Positions 1 through 13,047 of a stretch of 64,000 nucleotides of DNA are shown here, in pieces. The translations under genes and the position numbers were made by a program. The notes below the pieces were generated by a model, which was not told the DNA's origin, searched no databases, and worked only from the letters and a program-made list of their open reading frames with translations. The stretch comes from Octopus sinensis. Lineage: Eukaryota. The stretch's first letter is position 1. Each line of letters begins with the position of its first letter. Location: assembly GCF_006345805.1 (NCBI RefSeq), contig NC_043011.1, forward strand, positions 38,762,464-38,826,463, written 5' to 3'.

Positions 1-33
1 CCACTGTCTGGCACTGCATCGGGGCATTTATTA

Positions 34-86
<53 letters not shown>

Positions 87-851
87 ATTATTATTATTGT
101 TGTTGTTGTTGTTGTAAGGAGAGGGATGTAATATGTAGTGGTTGATCCTCGATATCGACGATGAATATTGATCAATTCAATTGCCTGCCCCTACATGTGT
201 GTTCCAGAGACGTTTAACGTAATCCTCAAGCAGAATTAGCATGATGCAGGCTGTATCGTTTAAATTACAGGTACAATCCGCTCCACCCGGCAGGCTTATC
301 CACAGCTTCCGCCTGCCCAATTTCACTCATAAGTTACGTTCGACGTGAGGCTAGAGAAAATGACGTTCGCCCAATATACTACAGAGGGGAATGAAACCTT
401 GGTTGCCAAGTTACATTTTTAAACTTATGGTCATACTGCAACTGCGCCTTATGAGTATCCGACAACAAAAGCAGTTGACTGTGCTTGAAGCAGGTGAGCT
501 AAATGACAAACAAAATTCTTTCTGCACCTATGCAAAAATGAGCGATGACTGATTTGGTGGTAAGGAAGACTTCCACATCGAGAAGCATTTGTTTTAGCAC
601 TGAAGCAGTGAAGTTTCGTGGGCAGAGAATAAGTTCGCGCATCAGATATTTTGAGTCATCTGAAGTGAATTCATACATACATACATATATACATACATAC
701 ATACATACATACATACATACATTCATATTTATCATAATGCCTGCAACCACATATATCATTGTTGTTGTTATCAATTATTAATATATACCACAGATAATTA
801 TAACAATAATAATATCTATAAAAATATTCGCATTTGGATATTTATACCTTT

Positions 852-882
<31 letters not shown>

Positions 883-942
883 GTATATATGTATGTATGT
901 ATATATATGTATATATGTATATATGTATATATATATATATAT

Positions 943-996
<54 letters not shown>

Positions 997-1018
997 CACG
1001 CAATGGCATCAGCGTAAA

Positions 1019-1066
1019 TCACTGATGAAGAGTAACTGGACTTTAGGTTAATCAAAATATGTTTGT
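1019..1066 (+). ncRNA. Degenerate minimal hammerhead ribozyme candidate
   Basis: CUGAUGA-A-GAGUAAC..GUUAAUC stem II, then AAAAUAUGUU where GAAACAUGUH is expected; G12 is lost and stem I is weak. Confidence 0.3.
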
Positions 1067-1980
1067 GTGATATTTCAACTACAGACACGAATTCACTGTA
1101 GCTACCGTAAAGAAAAAAATTCTTGCTTAAGATAAATAGTGTGAAAATACCATATCTGCTTAGTGTCTCCTTCTAGCGGACGGTCAGGCGCGTTTCTGTC
1201 TCCTTAATCTTCTTCAGTCGAAAATTCGAAAGAGATATGCACTTGGTTGATTTATTCCACCACATCATCAAAGCGGTACCCCTGCAAGATTCGAGCAGAT
1301 TTTAAAGCCGTTTGCCTTATCTTAAAACAATTATGATCAGTGACTGCGTTGCGCATTGGACAGCGCTATGTTTTAGTCGAAGACATTTGCGTTGTAGGGT
1401 CGAATACTGAAGAAATCAGATGCTGTGAAACGAAGTTGATTACCACACGGATATTCCTGCGCTAAATCTAATTCTAATAGTGTTAAACTAATGAAGATGC
1501 AGTTCAAAGAGGCAGCTAAATTTTGAAAAACTAATCATCTACGTTATTTTAAAATTGAAATACACATCACGTCATAGAGAAGTACTAAAATTTAGTAGTA
1601 ACAAACTACCAATAAAAAGAATATGTGCACTGTTAATTTATAACAATGCTTTCTAATAGTCAGCTGTTTGTTGAAAAAAAAATTTCTTCTTCAGTAGGGC
1701 TGACGTGGAATATTAATGAAACAAAACACATGGAAATATAAACAACCAAAGAAATAGCAATATAGGTGACGTTTATACGTTTCCTTTGGCAGATGTATAA
1801 ACATATCAACTTTGCATGTCTTTACTCATAAAAATCTTACACGTCAAGCATACTTTAAAAGTAATCATTATTGCCAATTAGAATTGCAAAACTAACAAAA
1901 GTTACTATCAAACAAAAGCAAATGTCTTTTCTTTTTCTGTTTTAATTCATTTATTCTGGTAATATACATTGGAGGCTTAA

Positions 1981-2540
1981 GGCGGCAAGCTGGCAGAAAC
2001 GTTAGCACGCCGGACGAAATGCTTAGCAGTATTTCGTATGCCGCTACGTTCTGAGTTCAAATCCTTTCGAGGTCGATAAATTAAGTACCAGTAACATACT
2101 GGGGTCGATCTAATCGACTGGCCTCCTGACCAAGAATTTCAGGCATTGTGCCTAGAGTAGAAAAGAATTTACGTCGGAGGGGCATTGGGCAGTGAGCTGG
2201 TAGAATCGCTAACACGCCGGACGAAATGCTTAGCGATATTTCGTCTGCCGCTACGTTCTGAGTTCAAATTCCGCCGAGGTCGACTTTCCCTTTCATCCTT
2301 TCGGGGTCGATTAAATAAGTACCAGTTACGCACTGGGGTCGATGTAATCGACTTAATCCGTTTGTCTGTCCTTGTTTGTCCCCTTTGTGTTTAGCCCTTG
2401 TGGGTAGTAAAGAAATAGGTATTTCGTATGTCTTGACGTTCTGAGTTCAAATTCTGTCGAGGTCGACTTTACCTTTCATCCTTTCGAGGTCGATAAATTA
2501 AGTGCCAGTTACATACTGGAGTCGATCAACCATAACATTA
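1981..2540 (+). mobile_element. Two adjacent tRNA-derived SINEs (family A); the second has a duplicated internal unit
   Basis: Heads GGCGGCAAGCTGGCAGAAACGTTAGCACGCC and GGCAGTGAGCTGGTAGAATCG, B-box-like GAGTTCAAAT; body recurs many times in the window. Confidence 0.85.
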
Positions 2541-2610
2541 CTGGAGTCGATCATTACGGAGATGTATTTGCATAACAAGTGACCTGATTTGAGATCGTGT
2601 GCTGGAACGA

Positions 2611-2872
2611 AAACAATTGCAGCGTGGAAGGTGTTTATAAGCCATTTAAGAAACACAAAAACCGTTAGATTCACTTCAACATTTAAATTTAATTTGTCAA
2701 AACATTTTCGTCGCTTTGAGATCGCGACCTGTTCAGCACAGAATTTTCTCAGTGAAGAGGTCGCAGTCTCAGAGCGACGAAAATATTTTGACAAATTAAA
2801 TTTAAATGTTGAAGTGAATCTAACGGTTTTTGTGTGTTTCTTAAATGGCTTATAAACACGCTGCAATTGTTT
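2611..2872. repeat. Long near-perfect inverted repeat (about 118 bp arms, 27 nt loop), MITE-like
   Basis: 2611-2730 is the reverse complement of 2758-2872 with few mismatches and a 5-nt indel. Confidence 0.9.
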
Positions 2873-3282
2873 CCTAACGGTTATCGAAGTTAACATTTCG
2901 ATTAACAGTGCTCACCTTTGCTCATTACCCTCTTTTGTGTTTGATCACATTGCTTATTTACATTCGACGTCTCGAAACGAAACGCTGTAGCAAAAGTCAG
3001 TGCGGGCTGTAAATTCTATAGATTATCTGAAGAGATGATCTTAACAAAATAATGTACGAACACTGCTGGCGTAATAGAACGTGGTACTGACTTATGAAAA
3101 GCATTTACTGTACCTTATAGTATATCGTGTTTCATCCAAGAAGTACCACGTACCTACAAATCTTTAATATTTACGTCCCAGCCCCAGGAATGCGTCTAAT
3201 GCGTAAATTGGTATGTTCAAATACTTAACACTGCTATATGTGGTGGTTATATAAGCAGTGTGTTCGGAGTCATTAGCGGAGT

Positions 3283-4035
3283 GCTGATGAGGACCAAAGC
3301 CTTGTGAGTGGATTTAGTAGACGGAAACTGAAGGAAGCCCGTCGTATATATGTATATATATATGTGTGTGTGTGAGTGTGTGTGTGTGTGTGTGCGTGTG
3401 TGTGTTTGTGTGTGTTTGTGTGTCTGTGTTTTTTACCCCCCTTCCAACATCGCTTGACAACCGATGGTGATGTGATCACGTCCCTGTAACTGAGCGGTTC
3501 GGCAAAACAGACAAATAGAATAAGTACTAGGCTTCCACAAAATAAGTCCTGGGGTCGATTTGCGCGAGTCAAGGCGGTGATCCAGCATGGCCACACTCAA
3601 ATGATTGAAACAAGTAAAAGAGATAAAAGTGGAGAGGAGCAGGCGCGGCTCTGTGATAAGAAGCTTGCTTCATAACCACATGGTCCCGGGTTCAGTTCTA
3701 CTGTGTGGCATTTTAGGCAAGTGATTTAGTACTATAGCCTCGGGCCGACTTTAGTCGGCCTTGTACGTAGATTTGGTAAAAGGAAACTGTAAGAAGCCCA
3801 TCTTTATATGTATGTGCATGTGTGTGTGTCTTTGTGTTTGTATTTGTTTTCCATCACAGTTTGACAACCGGTGTTGGTGTGTTTACATACCATTAACTTA
3901 GAGGGTAAGCAAAAAACCACCGATAGAATAAATACCAGCCTTTAAAAAATATACTAGGATCGGTTCGATCGACTAAAAATCCTTCAAGGTAGCGCCCCAG
4001 CATGGCCGCAATCTCAAAACTGAAACATGGAAGAA
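3283..4035 (+). mobile_element. Two tRNA-derived SINEs of family B with central (TA)/(TG) microsatellite
   Basis: Head GGCTCTGTGATAAGAAGCTTGC...GGGTTCAG, core GTGGATTTGGTAGACGGAAACTGAAAGAAGCC-like, tail CAGCATGGCC...TGAAACAAGTAAAAG. Confidence 0.85.
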
Positions 4036-5322
4036 ATAACTGATCAATCTTTAAAATGACAACATCGCACTGCTAACACCAGGTGAAACAAAATATTGAC
4101 TCGTAAAGCTTTAATACTAATTGGGTAGTGTATTACAACGAAATACAAGCAATTATCTTGTTTTGGCCTTATTTTCCTTTTATCTTGTTTTAAATCATGT
4201 TTTTATCTTGTTGTATCCTCTTTCTCTCTGACCGTCTCTCCCTTCCTCTCTCCTCTTCCTCTTCCTCTTTCTCTTTCCCCGTCTCTCACTTCTCTTTCTC
4301 TCTCTCTTTCTCCCTTCTTTTCTATATCCTCTTCCTTATTCCTCTTCCTCGCTCTCCTTCACTCACATCTCTCTCCCATCTTCCTCTCACCTCTCCTCGC
4401 TTCCCCTATTCCTCTCTCCCCTTCGTCTTCTCCCTCTCTCTCTTTGTTTCTCACTCTTCTTCATTTCCTTTCTAACGTTTTCTTTCTCTCATCTCCCTTC
4501 CTCTCATTTCTCCTCTTCTTTCTTCCCTCTTCCACTCTCTCTTTCTCTCTTCTTCACTCCTTCTCTCTCTTTCTGTTCGCTCCCCTCCCCTCCCTTCATT
4601 TACAGTCTATCCTTTAGTTTCAAATACCAAGAACACCGCCATCCACACGACAAAAGAAGACCAAGAACCGTTTAATACAATCAGATTTCCATTACTATAA
4701 CGCCTTTATTTCATATTCTATATTCTAGAAGGAAATATGTGTTATATTTTTAAAATTCACAGTTTCAGATTTGTAAATTAATCATAGCGAATAGCAATCT
4801 ATTTATTCTGCTTTAGGACTTCGCAAATTATGCAACTTCACTGGAGATATATTTTTGAAAATGAAATCAATTTGGGGAGAATTATTATGCAAATTAAAAT
4901 AAATGGTTAATTAAAAAGGAATAGTAACGAAGACGAATATTCATATATTCCAATACCTTCCAGGGTTCTGTTCATATAGAATGGCGCATCATTTTCCTGT
5001 GTGCAAACAGAAATAACTATATTAAGGTGTTATTAAAATGGAAAATAGTTTTAGTCCGTTGGCACTGCCGATATATTAGATATTGAGAGACGAAGAGAAA
5101 GAGAAGGAGTTAAGACTGGAAATGGTCGCATATCCTCTTATTTGTGACATTAAATTTCTAATATCATTGATATGAGTTCCATATTTGCCCAGATCAATTT
5201 CCATTGATTTTAAACTGACAATGTAAGTTGCTGCAATAACAAATTGTGATTTATGTACCAGGGTAACAATTTTAAGAGCGGAGGGTTTAGTCAATAAAAC
5301 TGACTACAGCATTTGATTGGCG

Positions 5323-5950
5323 TTTTATTTTATCGATCCCAAGAAAGGACGAAAGGCAGCTGACGTCTTATTTTTGTAATATGAATGAAAGATTTCGCCG
5401 CTCTAAAGATTCCGCCAACTCATCACTTTATCTCCTATTAATGCTAATAATTCTCTTGAATTTTCGCACAACCGGCAACATTAGATGGTGGAGGCAAGTC
5501 AATTACATTTACCCCATTAAATGACCGGTACTTTATTTTATTGAATCCAAGAAAGGATGAAAGGCAGCTGAAGTCTTATTTTTGAAATATGAACGAAAGG
5601 TTTCGCCGCTCTAAAGATTCCGCCAACTCATCACTTTATCTCCTATTAATGCTAATAATTCTCTCGAATTTTCGCACAACCGGCAACATTAGATGGTGGA
5701 AGCAAGTCAATTACATTTACCCCATTAAATGACTGGTACTTTATTTTATTGAATCCAAGAAAGGACGAAAGGCAGTTGACGTCTTATTTTTGAAATATGA
5801 ACGCACTAGAGATTCCGCAAGCACATCGATTTAGCTCCTATTAATGCTAATAATTCTCTCGAATTTTGGCACAGTAACTTTGGATGATGGAGGGAAGTCG
5901 ATTACATTTACTCCAGGAAATTAATGGCACTTTATCTTATCGATTCAAAA
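5323..5950 (-). repeat. Tandem array, about 3 x 208 bp, derived from a decayed family-A SINE
   Basis: AAGAAAGGAC/TGAAAGGCAG recurs at 5341, 5549 and 5757. Confidence 0.85.
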
Positions 5951-5999
5951 GTTCAAATGCAATATCGAATTCGGCTGGATTTAAAGACAGAATGAAAAG

Positions 6000-6720
6000 A
6001 ACATGGCCGCTACTATAGGCTCAAGACCTGAAATTTTGAGTCGATTTCATCCTAATACTTGATTGGTAGTTGTTTCCTCGACTCTGACAGGATGAAAGGT
6101 AAAGTCGTTTTCGGTTTAATTTCAATTCAAATCGTAAAGATGGGTGAAATACCGTTAAACATTCTGCCCGGCGTGCTGAACGATTCTGTTAGCTCACTAC
6201 TTTCTTGCAGAATGTAAAAAGTCAGGTAAGAATTACAGCAAAGAATGTTCTCAGATTCTGGCACAAGGCTGGCGTGTTCGGGGGAGGGGTAAGTCTATTA
6301 CATCAATACCAGTGTTCAACTGGTGATTATTTTATCGACTCCCAAAGGATCATCGGTAAATTCGACCTCTGCGAAATTTGAACTCAGTATATAAAGAGCC
6401 AGAACAACGTAAAGACGGACGAAATGCCGCTAAGCATTTTTTCCGGCGTGCTAACGATTCTGCCATCTTGCCACCTTAGTAAAGAGTTTCATAATCTAAA
6501 CTACTATAGGGAAAAGGCCTGACATTTGGGGAGAGGAGAATAATTAATTACATCAACCCCAATGCTCGACTAGTATTTTTTTCTTTATCGGCCCCAAAAA
6601 GACAAAAGCCAAATTCCACCTCGGAAGAACTTGAGCTCAGCAAGTTAAGAGGAACGAAATGCCACTAAGCACTTTACCAGGTGCGGTAACGATTCTGCCA
6701 GCTCACCACTTTTGCAAATC
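6000..6720 (-). mobile_element. Cluster of decayed family-A SINEs
   Basis: Repeated reverse-complement SINE head and body motifs (GCTAACGATTCTGCC, GAACTCAG, GGATGAAAGG). Confidence 0.7.
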
Positions 6721-6863
6721 GTCTGTCGATGAAAGGCTTTCTGTATTATTCAATATTCCACGCTAAATCGTAAAACCCACAAGAACAACAACAATGGAAG
6801 CAACAATAACAACAAAGCTGGTAACTACTATAATTATACAACGACAGTGATAATAATAATATG

Positions 6864-6895
<32 letters not shown>

Positions 6896-7243
6896 TAATT
6901 TAACAAACTCTTGACGTTTGAAAGAGATCTGTGGAAATGTGGTTATTATTGAGGAATGCTAAATTAAACTAATACCGAAAAAGTCAATTGAAATTCGGTC
7001 TCATTTTGAATAAAACATTAGAATGTAGAATGAAATGCGAAAATGGCGATCATTTATTGAAATGATTTTGATATTTGACGGAAGAAATTATTCAAAATCT
7101 CAGCTAGAAAGTTAAATATTATTCAATAGAAACAGCTTGGGGTTTGTGGAGGTTTCCCTATTATGCTGAATAGAGGAGGCTTTGTTGCAAAAGTGATAGC
7201 TGTTAAATACATACATACATACATACATACATATCTATCTACC

Positions 7244-7337
<94 letters not shown>

Positions 7338-7548
7338 CTATTGCCGGTAAAGGATTTAGCTGCCAATTCTGTACAAGACATTTAGCGATCACAACAATAA
7401 CAGTTAAGCTTCGTACAATGGCCATACTAGATAACGAAGGGGCAGCCATCATGTATGTATGTATGTATGTATGTATGTATGTATGTATGTATGTATGTAT
7501 GTATGTATGTGTAGGTGTAAGCATGTGTATGAGCGTATATATTTATAT

Positions 7549-7879
7549 AAAGGGTAAAGACCCCCTTCGGTCATGAATGACCATGGGATTGCATCTAGAA
7601 AGTTACCCTTCTAGACACAAGTCCGGGCAAGGTTGTTTATGGAAGACCAGCAGTCGCCCATGCATACCAGCCTCCCCTCTCCACACCACCAGTGTTATCC
7701 AAGGAAAGACAAAGGTCGATACAGCTTGGCACCAGTGACGTCGCAACTCATTTCTACAGCTGAGTGAACTGGAGCAACGTGAAATAAAGTGCCTTGCTCA
7801 AGAACACAACACGCAGCCCGGTCCGGGATTCGAGCTCACAACCTCACGATCGTAAGCTCGACGCTCTAACCACTGAGCC

Positions 7880-7880
<1 letters not shown>
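7549..7880 (-). mobile_element. Well-preserved tRNA-derived SINE (family C) with central domain and probable LINE-derived tail
   Basis: Minus strand reads TGGCTCAGTGGTTAGAGCG (A box)...GCTCGAATCCCGG (B box), then TTGAGCAAGGCACTTTATTTCACGTTGCTCCAGTTCACTCAGCTG, a core shared with 8190-8500, 10560-10720 and 18150-18470. Confidence 0.8.
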
Positions 7881-7954
<74 letters not shown>

Positions 7955-8189
7955 TATATATAGTGACGTATATTTGCCATTTGAATATGGCTAACCCCTA
8001 AGGGTGGATGCTACTGTATGTATATATGTGTGTTAGTAGAAGAGTGACAAAAGAACATGCGTTACATGATTTCCCATATATGGCTAAATGATTTTTTTTT
8101 AATAAACTTAAATTTAACTATAATTATACACAAGCGGATTACCAGTTGTTTAGTAAAAATAAAATGAAAGAAACTGGGGTTCCGTCGCT

Positions 8190-8500
8190 TACGAAGACGA
8201 GGGTTACAGTTGATCCGATCAATGGAACAGCTTGTACGTGAGATTAACGTGCAAGTGGCTGAGCACTCCACAGACACGCGCACCACTTCACATACTTCCC
8301 AGGGAGATTCAGTGTGAAACAGAATGTGACAAGGCCGGCTTCTTGAAATACAGACACTACTCATTTATTGCCAGCTGAGTGAACTGGAGCACCGTGATAT
8401 AAAGTGTCTTCTCAAGGACACAACGAACCGCCGGGAATGGAACTCGCGACCCCGCGACCGCGAGCCGAATACTCTAAATACTAAGCCACGCGTCTTCAGC
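8190..8500 (-). mobile_element. Family-C SINE variant
   Basis: Shares the core with 7549-7880 but has a different tail, which matches the tail at 18150-18470. Confidence 0.75.
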
Positions 8501-8618
8501 GTTTAGTAAATATATACGCATACATACATACAAACATACATACATAAACACTCGTGCATGTATGTATGTATGTTTATAAGAATCTATAATAACCTTTATT
8601 ATCTTACCGCTTCTTATA

Positions 8619-8794
8619 CGAAGGGGTGTTGAAAAGTTCCTGGTTGTAAGTGTATCACGAGAGGCCTGGTTAGAGACCTAACCTTCCGAGTTCTTCTACA
8701 GGGCTAAGAAAAACTGAAGGACCGCTGCAATAAGTGAGTGAATCTGAGAAGGGAATATGTTGAATGAAATAGTAATTAACTGATCCTCCCGTCG
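8619..8794 (+). mobile_element. Mariner-derived miniature deletion element
   Basis: TA|CGAAGGGGTGTTGAAAAGTTCC left end, ...CCTCCCGTCG|TA right end; encodes a mariner C-terminus remnant KLKDRCNK*VNLRREYVE*. Confidence 0.7.
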
Positions 8795-9114
8795 TACATA
8801 TATATATATGTGTGTGTGTGTGGTTTTTCTTATTCTCACAGCTAAAATGCATTTTGTCATTTTAACAGCTTAAATACATATTTCTATCTAGTTAATCTAT
8901 AATTTTTCTTTACGCCATATTTTCACGCGATATATTTCTTATAAACGCCAAGTTCTACGTAGTACGTTTAAAATTTTTAGTTAACAGAAATTCTTCGATA
9001 AGATATGTTATGGTTATATTTTAAGTAATATTGTTAAAGGTTTTTCGATTGTTTATTGTTAAAACTCGTATTTTCTATATTTATTTAATAATTATTATAA
9101 GTTAAGATACGTAC

Positions 9115-9160
<46 letters not shown>

Positions 9161-9168
9161 TTATTTTA

Positions 9169-9286
9169 GACCTGATGAGTGACTATATTTTAAATAGAAT
9201 TAATTTTAGATCGATTTAATTTTTAAATCGAATTGATTTTATCATTATTATCTTTTTGAAAATATAACCAAGAAACGCGCGTAGTC
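9169..9286 (+). ncRNA. Minimal type-I hammerhead ribozyme motif with elongated, decayed stem II (PLE pLTR-type)
   Basis: GAC-CUGAUGA-[93 nt stem II]-GAAAC-GCGC-GUA-GUC; palindromic stem III ACGCGCGU; 3-bp stem I. Confidence 0.7.
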
Positions 9287-9457
9287 AATTTGCTACTATT
9301 TACTATTTATTGTTTATGTACTTTATTGATTTTTATAATACTGTTTTCTCTATATGGTGTGAATTACGTCTTTCACTATTGAATTGCTTAATAGAGGTTT
9401 TTCTCTAAATTATGTACATATATATATGTGGTTATTTATGTATGTTTGTATGTATGT

Positions 9458-9523
<66 letters not shown>

Positions 9524-10729
9524 TTTGTGAAATAGAAAGATGAATAATCTTGTTGCAGATTAATCAAAACCATTGCAAGGGGAATTACTCCCAGTAGGCG
9601 AATGGTGTTTTGTTTTGACGACGGGGGGTTTCTTTGACAAGGCATGATTAGACGAACACACGCACACATAAAATATTTAACTTGCGGCCGCGCACATATA
9701 GAACAGTTCACACACACATGTTTCTAAGTAGATTTTGTCTCGCCCCATATAATACACCTAATATTCTTTAAATAGTCAGAACCTTAGTCTCGGTCACAAA
9801 GAACATCTACGCACCCCGTGCTCTCACCCACCGGAATTACCGCTGTCTGACCTGTTAAAATCTTCAACGCACCCACCACCCGATTTCAACATACATTGAT
9901 AAACAGTTTGGCCATGGGCTCTTAGGAGCCTCGTTCGATTTGTTTTGCTGCGCCTCTGTTCTGTTTTTGTTTTTGCCAACGGAATTCCTATTTCTTCCTG
10001 AAGAGAAAGACACAATATGGTCTCCTTATTCAATCGGAATTTGGTAAATTGTGGCTTTCGAAACACGTGTAGAATGCAATAAAACGATTTCTGTTCAATC
10101 TTCGTTCAACTCCATTTCTTCAATTCACTAATAATATTATATATATATGTAGATATATTTGCTAAAGTAATGTCAATGTGCTTGTGTATATTTATAGATA
10201 AATTTACCTGTGTATATTTAATAAACTCATTTAGCCGTGTTATGTGAAATCAAACCCTTGGTTAAAATACAGAATAACATATCAGAAAAACAAGCACAAT
10301 TCGACTAGTTTTGTCAGTTATTACCAATTCAACAGTAGCATTCACATCCTGTTTCTCTATAAATCCGATGAAATAAACACTCACTTATAAAACCAAGGGA
10401 TACTAAATTCTCACTTTACTCTGTCTCCATCGAACGAAAACTCAATTTCGTTTGAATTTCCACTGAAAATCTCTAAATACTGAAAAGTTGTTAATTCAGC
10501 AATCTATCATTTCTGCTAACTTAACATCTTTTATATAAATATAACAGTAACCAAATCTAAAATGTGAAGGTGCGTCGCCTTTTGGTTAGAGTGTTATACT
10601 CACAATCATGAGGTCGGTGTTTAGAACGTGAGTTCGATTCCTGAACCGGGTGGTGTCTTGTGTTCTTGAACAAGACATCCCATTTCACATTGTTCCTGTC
10701 CTCTCACCTGTAAATGACTTCCAGTATTA

Positions 10730-11050
10730 AGTTAAGTTAAGTTAATTTTTTGACTCAAAAAGCAAAAAGCAAGGCCATGTAGGGGGACATGGAGTTATGT
10801 ACAGGGGTGTTCATGCAAAGAGTTCAGGCCATTTCTGGTCAAGAGAGACTTAGAACCGAGCGGTCGTCGGCATCTTCACTATCTCGTCCGGCAGCTTATT
10901 CCACAGATCTGCAACCCGGACGGAGAAAGCCCCCCTCCTTCGATTGAGATAAAATCGTCGCAGATAGCTGGGGTGTTAATCCTGCAAGGACTGGTATGTA
11001 GCTAAGAGGTGCACGATATAATCCAAGTCATTAATATATCATGATAACCG
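10730..11050 (-). mobile_element. 3' fragment of a CR1/L2-type LINE
   Basis: Minus strand encodes RRGAFSVRVADLWNKLPDEIVKMPTT..SLDQKW, the typical CR1 C-terminus, and ends in a (TAACT)n tail. Confidence 0.8.
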
Positions 11051-11379
11051 AGTTAAGACTCGGACTTATGAGTGTTTGGGTTTACGAAATTTAAGGGGAA
11101 CAATTCTCAAGTATTATGTTCCAAAGTATAATTTTACCGAAAAGCATACCCAAAACGAACAACGTAAGCCCATCAACGATTTTATTTCATCCTTTTCAGA
11201 CGCATATAAAACGTATTACAAGTGACATCTGACACTTTTGAGAATTTGGGGTGTTCTGAATTCTGAATGATGCTTCTGATATTTCCAGCTCGTAGATAAG
11301 CATTCTGCTAATGAACTTATGAGCAGCTGCTTTTATGGCTTCGTCAAATGCAGAGAACATGTAAGACGCACACACACAA

Positions 11380-11410
<31 letters not shown>

Positions 11411-11728
11411 CACATGTGCGTGGGGCTGCATACATTACAAGACTGAAATTTTTATAGCCTCGGACAAAAAATATATTACGAAAGCATGTAATATTATAGA
11501 CTTCACGAATGCATTAAAGGGAAAGAATTGTTAAGCTGGACTGTAGAAGAATTGTTAAGCTGGACTTGTATAATAAGGTAGCGTTTGAAATGACTACCGG
11601 TTGAATTTATATGTTTTATAATACGCTGAATATATAAAAAGGACAGCATTCCGAAATCAATAAATTTATACGCCATGCTCTACAATGAAACAAAAGTCAT
11701 TTTTACAAAATAACACTTTCTTTTCGAC

Positions 11729-13047
11729 GCTAGGCCTGAAATTCTGGGGGAGAGGGCTAGTCGATTAAGTCGACCAGAGTAAGCAACTGCTACTTAATTT
11801 ATCGACCCCGAAAGGACGAAAGGCAAAGTCGACCTCAACGGAATTTGAACTCAGTACGTAACGGCAGACGAAATACCTATTCCTTTACTACCCGCAAGAC
11901 GCTAAACACAGAAAGGACAAAGAAGGACAGACAAACGGATTAAGTCGATTATATCGCCCCCAGTGCCTAACTGGTACTTAATTTATCGACCCCGAAAGGA
12001 TGAAAGGTAAAGTCGACCTCGGCGGAATTTGAACTCAGAACGTAGCGGCAGACGAAATACCTATTACTATTTCTTTACTACCAACAAGGGGCTAAACACA
12101 GAAAGGACAAAGAAGGACAGACAAACGGATTAAGTCGATTATATCGACTCCAGTGCGTAACTGGTACTTAATTTATCGACCCCGAATGGATGAAAGGTAA
12201 AGTCGACCTCGGCGGAATTTGTACTCAGAACGTAACGGCAGACGAAATACTATTCCTTTACTACCCGCAAGACGCTAACACAGAAAGGACAAAGAAGACA
12301 GACAAACGGATTAAGTCGATTATATCGCCCCCAGTGCCTAACTGGTACTTAATTTATCGACCCCGAAGGATGAAAGGTAAAGTCGACCTCGGCGGAATTT
12401 GAACTCAGAACGTAGCGGCAGACGAAATACCTATTACTATTTCTTTACTACCAACAAGGGGCTAAACACAGAAAGGACAAAGAAGGACAGACAAACGGAT
12501 TAAGTCGATTATATCGACTCCAGTGCGTAACTGGTACTTAATTTATCGACCCCGAATGGATGAAAGGTAAAGTCGACCTCGGCGGAATTTGTACTCAGAA
12601 CGTAACGGCAGACGAAATACCTATTCCTTTACTACCCGCAAGACGCTAAACACAGAAAGGACAAAGAAGGACAGACAAACGGATTAAGTCGATTATATCG
12701 ACCCCAATGCGTAACTGGTACTTAATTTATCGACCCCGAAAGGATGAAAGGTAAAGTCGACCTCGGTGGAATTTGAACTCAGAACGTAGTGGCAGACGAA
12801 ATACCTATTACTATTTCTTTACTACCAACAAGGGGCTAAACACAGAGAGGACAAACAAGGACAGACAAATGAAATTAAGTCGATTATATCGACTCCAGTG
12901 CGTAACTGGGTGCTTATTTTATCGACCCCGAAAGAATGAAAGGCAAAGTCGACCTCGGCGGAATTTGTACTCAGAACGTAACGGTAGTCGAAATACGGCC
13001 ACGCATTTCGCCCGGCGTACTAACGTTTCTGCCAGATCACCGCCTTT
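11729..13047 (-). mobile_element. Family-A SINE with six internal tandem units forming an A/B higher-order repeat
   Basis: GTCGACCTC at 11828, 12012, 12202, 12382, 12572, 12756 and 12948; one head near 13047, one tail near 11729. Confidence 0.9.

Noticed and set aside
1175-1225. Minus-strand CUGAAGA...GAAACGCGC hammerhead-like match
   Set aside because: No stem II pairing, stem I unmatched and cleavage triplet lost
5076-5294. 72-aa minus-strand ORF as an exon
   Set aside because: No recognisable homology, no downstream donor, and competing splice-like signals on the plus strand
7790-7880. tRNA gene
   Set aside because: The tRNA-like head runs into a SINE body and no complete acceptor stem is evident; the same applies to 60823-60880
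11828-12960. Regularly spaced repeats resembling a CRISPR array
   Set aside because: Whole 184-190 bp units are repeated with no unique spacers; eukaryotic SINE context; no cas genes
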